Assembly (NCBI GenBank): GCA_964016885.1
Contig: OZ024748.1
Coordinates: forward strand, 59,582,001 to 59,646,000
Length of the DNA stretch: 64,000 bases
Source of the DNA: Eledone cirrhosa
Taxonomy: Eukaryota
Direction: 5' to 3'
Notes under the pieces: generated by a model
What the model was told of the DNA's origin: nothing
Databases searched by the model: none
Seen by the model: the letters and a program-made list of their open reading frames with translations, nothing else
Part shown: positions 58,843 through 64,000 of the stretch, piece after piece
Position numbering within the stretch: position 1 is the stretch's first letter
Layout of the letters: the number at the start of each line of letters is the position of its first letter
Position numbers and translations under genes: made by a program

Positions 58843-59030
58843 GGGCGGTGGATTGGCAGTATCGGTAGAGGGTCGGATACCATGCTATGTAGCATAGAGT
58901 TACGGCCCTTGCCATTCTGAGTTCAAATGCTGCCGAGGTTCACTTTGCCTTTCATCTTTATGGAGTCGATAAAATAAAGTACCAGTAATGCACTGGGTAT
59001 TTGCTGGCCTTGTGCCAAAAAGTAGAAACA
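58843..59030 (+). mobile_element. Meta-domain-like SINE with 17-bp TSD
   Basis: GGCGGTGGATTGGCAG...GAGTTCAAAT...GCCTTTCATC...GTCGATAAAATAAAGTACCAG; ATTATTTATTCAAAGTA at 58826-58842 and 59031-59047. Confidence 0.85.
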
Positions 59031-60149
59031 ATTATTTATTCAAAGTAATCCAACTTATTTTACAAACGGGGTAAAAAAATATATTCTGGACTCAGTCCCG
59101 CACTCCTTTCTTTATTATAGTCAAGATATATACCTCGATACCGACGTGAACCTAAACATGGAGAGCTCACCCGGGTAAACCTACAGTAACTCCGCGTTAT
59201 ACTCCCTGGATATATATATCAGGATTATACCAGTTTAAACTAGTAAGACAAAAATTCAGCAGGGTACTTGATACTTAGGATAGTAGAGGGTCATGGCCAG
59301 ACAGCAGAGCTCTTGCCATTTTGACAACAAATTCCAGACATTTGCCATCGAAACAGCTAGAGCTCAACTGCCAGGCTCTGACTCTACTGTGTGTGTGTGT
59401 GTGTGTACACACACACATATATATACACACACACACACACACATATTAATTTCAAAAATTTCGAAGATTCAAGGAATTGTCAAACTGACATATGTTTCTG
59501 CCAGCCTAAAATTTCCACCCTTTGGCCATAATATTACAATTTTATAACTTAACCTTCAGGTGTTGATCAGAGTCAGCATCATCAGAGTTTATTTATGCAT
59601 CATCAATATTTCACATAGATTTAAAGATTGTTACTTTAAAGTACTCAATCATCATTCATTATGGTAACAAATTACAAGAATATTCAAAAATACCAAAGAA
59701 TTTTTTTAAAAATCAGTTTCAAAATTAATTTCAAAACAATAACTTCAAAAGTTTAGCAATGCTGGATGGATGAATACGTTTGTGAGAGTTAGAGAGAATT
59801 TTCTACTGTGCTATTACAGGGGACTTTACTTTGAAAGATTTATATGCTTAGAGTCATTATTAAAAGAAGTTTATTAGTAATGATAATGAAATCATGAGAA
59901 TATATCTTGAGGAGAGCTATATTCATACTGCAAAGTGGTCGTGGAGCTGTCACGACAAAAAAGCACCCAGTCCACACTGTAAAGTGGTCATGTAGGCGCC
60001 ACAGTAAAAAAGCACCCAGTGCTCACTGTAAATGAGGTTGGTGTTAGGAAGGGCATCCAGCTGTAGAAATCAAGCCACAGGACAATCTGTCTAACCCATC
60101 CTAGCGTGGAAGAATGGACGTAAAACAGTGACGATGGTGATGATAATTA

Positions 60150-60458
<309 letters not shown>

Positions 60459-60585
60459 CTAATGAAAGACATTGTCTAGAGAGAGAGAGAGAGAGAGAGA
60501 GAAGAATATATATATATAGAGAGAGAGAGACAGACAGAAAGACAGAGCAGAAGAGTGAGTGAGAATTAAAGGCAAGAATATGTAC

Positions 60586-60706
60586 CTTTATTAGTTCTGG
60601 TGAGAGACCTGAAGCTGGCGCTGTATCCATATATTTCTTCAGATCTTGGTCAAGATATTCAAAGACAAGGTAGAGTTTTTTATCACTCTGTACAACATCA
60701 AGTAAT
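60586..60706 (-). CDS. CDK2: CDK2 coding exon 3 (LLDVVQSDKKLYLVFEYLDQDLKKYMDTAPASGLSPELIK)
   Basis: 121 nt, ccag/gtac boundaries, phase matches exon 2; hinge motif LVFEYLDQDLKKYMD. Confidence 0.95.
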
Positions 60707-61112
60707 CTGGAGTGAAGACAGAAATTAATGACTGAAGGCAACATGGCATCATACATACCAGCAAAACAATGTGTTGATGAGCTGCCTCAGTTTATAAATG
60801 GGCTTTGGATGGATGTGTGTATTTAGCAGAACCATGCAACGAGAGAGAGAGAGGGAGTGTGTGTGTGTGTGCGCACGAAAAGATTCAGAACCCCGACGAC
60901 TGAACTCCGGCGTTTGGATCTAGCTGTGGAAATAGCCGGAGCACAGCCATTGGGGTCCTGAATCTTTTCATACTACCCACTTTACTACTCCAAGTATCGA
61001 GTACTCTGGTGGGTTATGGTCTACCTGGTTTTTACCACACCTTATCTGATATATATATATATATATAGTGACGAAACATAAGACAATTGCATGAACTCAT
61101 AATCCTTTATTT

Positions 61113-61168
61113 ACTGCTATATATATTTCGATGATAGCCATTGAATGGCTATGACCTCATCAGGCAGT
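61113..61168 (-). ncRNA. Minimal hammerhead in CDK2 intron 2, sense orientation
   Basis: ACTGC-CTGATGA-GGTCATAGCCAT(TCA)ATGGCTATCATC-GAAA-TATATA-TA/GCAGT, then AATAAA. Confidence 0.8.
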
Positions 61169-62040
61169 TAGTCAGTTCTTAGATATGCCAGCTCTGTGTT
61201 TATAGTGTTGATGGTATCAGAGCCTTGGGACATATATATATATAGTGGTAGAACACTGGAAGGTAATATCCGTAGTGGTAGAGCACTCAGTCCATGGGAC
61301 GAGTTAGGTAGAAGTGGTTGCACAACAATATATATAAAGTAGATTATTAGTACAGATTAAAAGTTTAAGCAAAATCTTCTTTAAACTGCTAATCTGTACT
61401 AATAATAAATAGTTGCTCTACACAAACTATCCTTATCGGATTTTGGTCTTCATATTTACTACATATCTATAAATTTAAACTGGTAGTAACAGGGTATATA
61501 TCAATACAATGATAGAGTATATAACAGGCTAATTACAAGGGTAATGAGGATATTTTAGGCTTGTTGTAGGCATGGCAACTTCTTAGTGCTGGTGTCATAA
61601 TGAAATGCATCCAGTGCACTGAAATAATAGTGCTGATATCACAAAAAATGTACCAAACATACTCTATAAAGTAGTAATGCTGACACCATGATTATATGCA
61701 CCTGGGTGATACAGTGTGACCTAATGTGTTACCCAGGGATGCATAGTACCTCAGTGTGGCCGTGTGTAGAAAGGGGTGTTTACTACAGGGTGGCTTAATG
61801 TGCTACCCAGGGGTGCGTACCTCAGTGTGGCCTAATGTGTTCCACAAAGGGGTGTAATACCTCAGTGTGGCTTTCTGTCAGCCAGGGGTGTGCACCACAG
61901 CGTGGCCTAATGTGTTACTCAGAGGTCTGTGGTACCTCAGTGTCACTATGTGTTACCCAGGGAAGTGCACTGTAACTATACAAGGTCTGTTCCATCAGCA
62001 TCATCATGATCTTCATTGTAAGTGTTAAATAATAACTTAC

Positions 62041-62118
62041 TGTACAACATTGTGGTGAGTCAACTCTCGAAGTAATGAAATCTCCCTAATGGCCGTGCTG
62101 GGGACGCCTTCAGTTTCT
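62041..62118 (-). CDS. CDK2: Cyclin-dependent kinase 2, coding exon 2 ([25 protein letters not shown])
   Basis: PSTAIRE helix; ttttccag acceptor and gtaagt donor; 78 nt, same as vertebrate CDK2 exon 2. Exon 1 (GEGTYG) is not in the window. Confidence 0.95.
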
Positions 62119-62667
62119 CTGGAAAAAAATAAAATAAATATATATATATATATCATCACCATCATCGTTATCGTTTAACGTTCATTTTTCAACACTAACA
62201 TGGGCTAGACGAGTTGTCCTGTTGTGAGACAAGTCAGATCCAATGACCATGTCTTGCTCATACAGAACGGCCTAGTTCCCACAACTGGATACTCTTTCAA
62301 TATCTCCAAACACGAAAAATTCAGAAAACATAAACAAGCTTCACATATAATAGGGAAAGCGTTAAGAATTATGGAAGACTTTCAACATGTGATTGATAAA
62401 AAAATTTCTTTTATATATTATCTAATGATTCTGATGACTTCTATACAGAGGAATAGAATGTTACTTCTGTATTGGAATGAAACATGTAAATCAATTAAAT
62501 AATGTATCAAACCTTAGTTATTTATTTATTTATTCACTAGTTGGCCCCATGCCATCAAAGATGACGGCTAATTGTATACATAATATAAAAAAAAAAGTGT
62601 TTGTTGGTTGGTTGGTTGGTTCCTTCGTGCTCACTCACACAAATGATACAAGCATAGAAACATTTCT

Positions 62668-63070
62668 CAGTCGACGTAATCACCCTTTCCCCCCTCAGTC
62701 GACGTAATCACCCTTTCCCCCCTCAGTCGACGTAATCACCCATTCCTTCCTCAGTCGATGTAATCACCCTTTCCCCCTTCAGTCGATGTAATCACCCTTT
62801 CCCCCTTCAGTCGACGTAATCACCCTTTCCCCCCCTCAGTCGACGTAATCACCCCTTCCTTCCTCAGTCGACGTAATCACCCCTTCCTTCCTCAGTCGAC
62901 GTAATCACCCTTTCCTTCCTCAGTCGACGTAATCACCCCTTCCTTCCTCAATAGACGTTATCACCCTTTCTTTCCTAAGTCATCATTATCACTTCTTCCT
63001 AAGCAACGTTATCACCCTTTCTCAGTTTGTTATCACCCTTTCTCAGTTTGTCATCACCCCTTCCTTCGTC
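62668..63070. repeat. 28-29-bp minisatellite
   Basis: TCAGTCGACGTAATCACCCTTTCCCCCC units. Confidence 0.9.
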
Positions 63071-63761
63071 AGTCATCTCTGGTGACGGACAAAACGACAG
63101 GGGCATTATATATTAGTAGATTTTTTTTTATATAATCTGTGATTGTTGTATAACAGAGATTCTCAAAAGTGGGTACTGACTTGGTCTGTGACAACACCTC
63201 CATCTCTTGTTAGAAGGGTAAATGATGAGAGTAGGGTGGTGGTGATATACTGAATGTATAGATATGGAAAAGAAACCATGTATTTTTTTTAAGCCCCTGT
63301 TTCAGTATATACTTAAATATAAGCAGAGGCATATGTTACCCCACCCCACAAAAAAAAAAAAAAACTTGATGGTAAAACGAGGTTGGGGTTGGCTTATTAT
63401 ATACACCACATAAACAACGTTTTGATTAGCTTCCCCAGCGTATAATTGGGGTTTGGATTTTTGCCCATTTCTCAGACATGAAACAAGGGAGGGAGGAGTC
63501 AGCTTATATTTGAGAATATACAGTAATTTAACTTATCTCTCCTACTTGACAGACATTAAAGACAGCATGAAGCAATATCCGGCTGATAGAAAACTGCATA
63601 TATATATATATTTGGCACATGTCGAAAGAAAATATACATATATTCATGTGGGTTGCTTATCGTTACACATGTTTTGTGTTTCATTAGCAGAATCAAATCC
63701 TGTTTTATGCGAAATATCATCATCATCAGTTTCATGTTTATTTTCTCACATTAACATGGGT

Positions 63762-64000
63762 TAGACAAGTCGTCTATCTTATGATACAAGTCTGACCAGT
63801 TGGCCCACACCATACCTTGCTCAAACAGAACAGTATTTTGGCTGGGTGGTCCTGTTATAAGACAAGTCTGGCCAGATGGCCCGCTATGTACCTTGCTCAA
63901 ACAGAACAGTATTTTGGCTGGGTGGTCCTGTTGTAAGACAAGTGTGGCCAGATGATCCACTACATACCTTGTTCAAACAGAACAGTATTTTGGCTGGGTG
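63762..64000. repeat. ~76-bp tandem repeat
   Basis: Repeated CCTTGCTCAAACAGAACAGTATTTTGGCTGGGTGGTCCTGTT. Confidence 0.85.

Noticed and set aside
62668-63070. 28-bp repeats of CRISPR-like length
   Set aside because: Contiguous tandem units without spacers.

Overview
AT-rich, microsatellite-saturated animal genomic DNA; the repeat types resemble those I recall from octopod cephalopods (inference, not a database result). One host gene is well supported: a CDK2 orthologue on the minus strand, with 7 coding exons at 40880-62118, all GT-AG; exon 1 lies beyond the right edge. Exon sizes match vertebrate CDK2, except that one exon is split by an extra ~10.5 kb intron. The rest is mobile DNA and simple repeats: a 5'-truncated RTE LINE (13.5-15.4 kb), several RTE remnants (one with a PHD-like finger inside the RT), a truncated Naiad-like Penelope element with a GIY-YIG remnant and inverted 3'UTR copy (48.0-50.5 kb), a deleted piggyBac plus MITEs, mariner remnants, tRNA-derived SINEs and many minisatellites. 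The most striking pattern is a dense set of short inserts in (TA)n tracts. They carry about a dozen sequence-distinct type-I hammerhead ribozyme motifs, some with non-canonical cores, often as fold-back inverted repeats whose apex lies at a small hairpin; one such insert carries a tRNA-like cloverleaf instead. Most long ORFs in the supplied track are microsatellite artefacts. All folds were read by eye.
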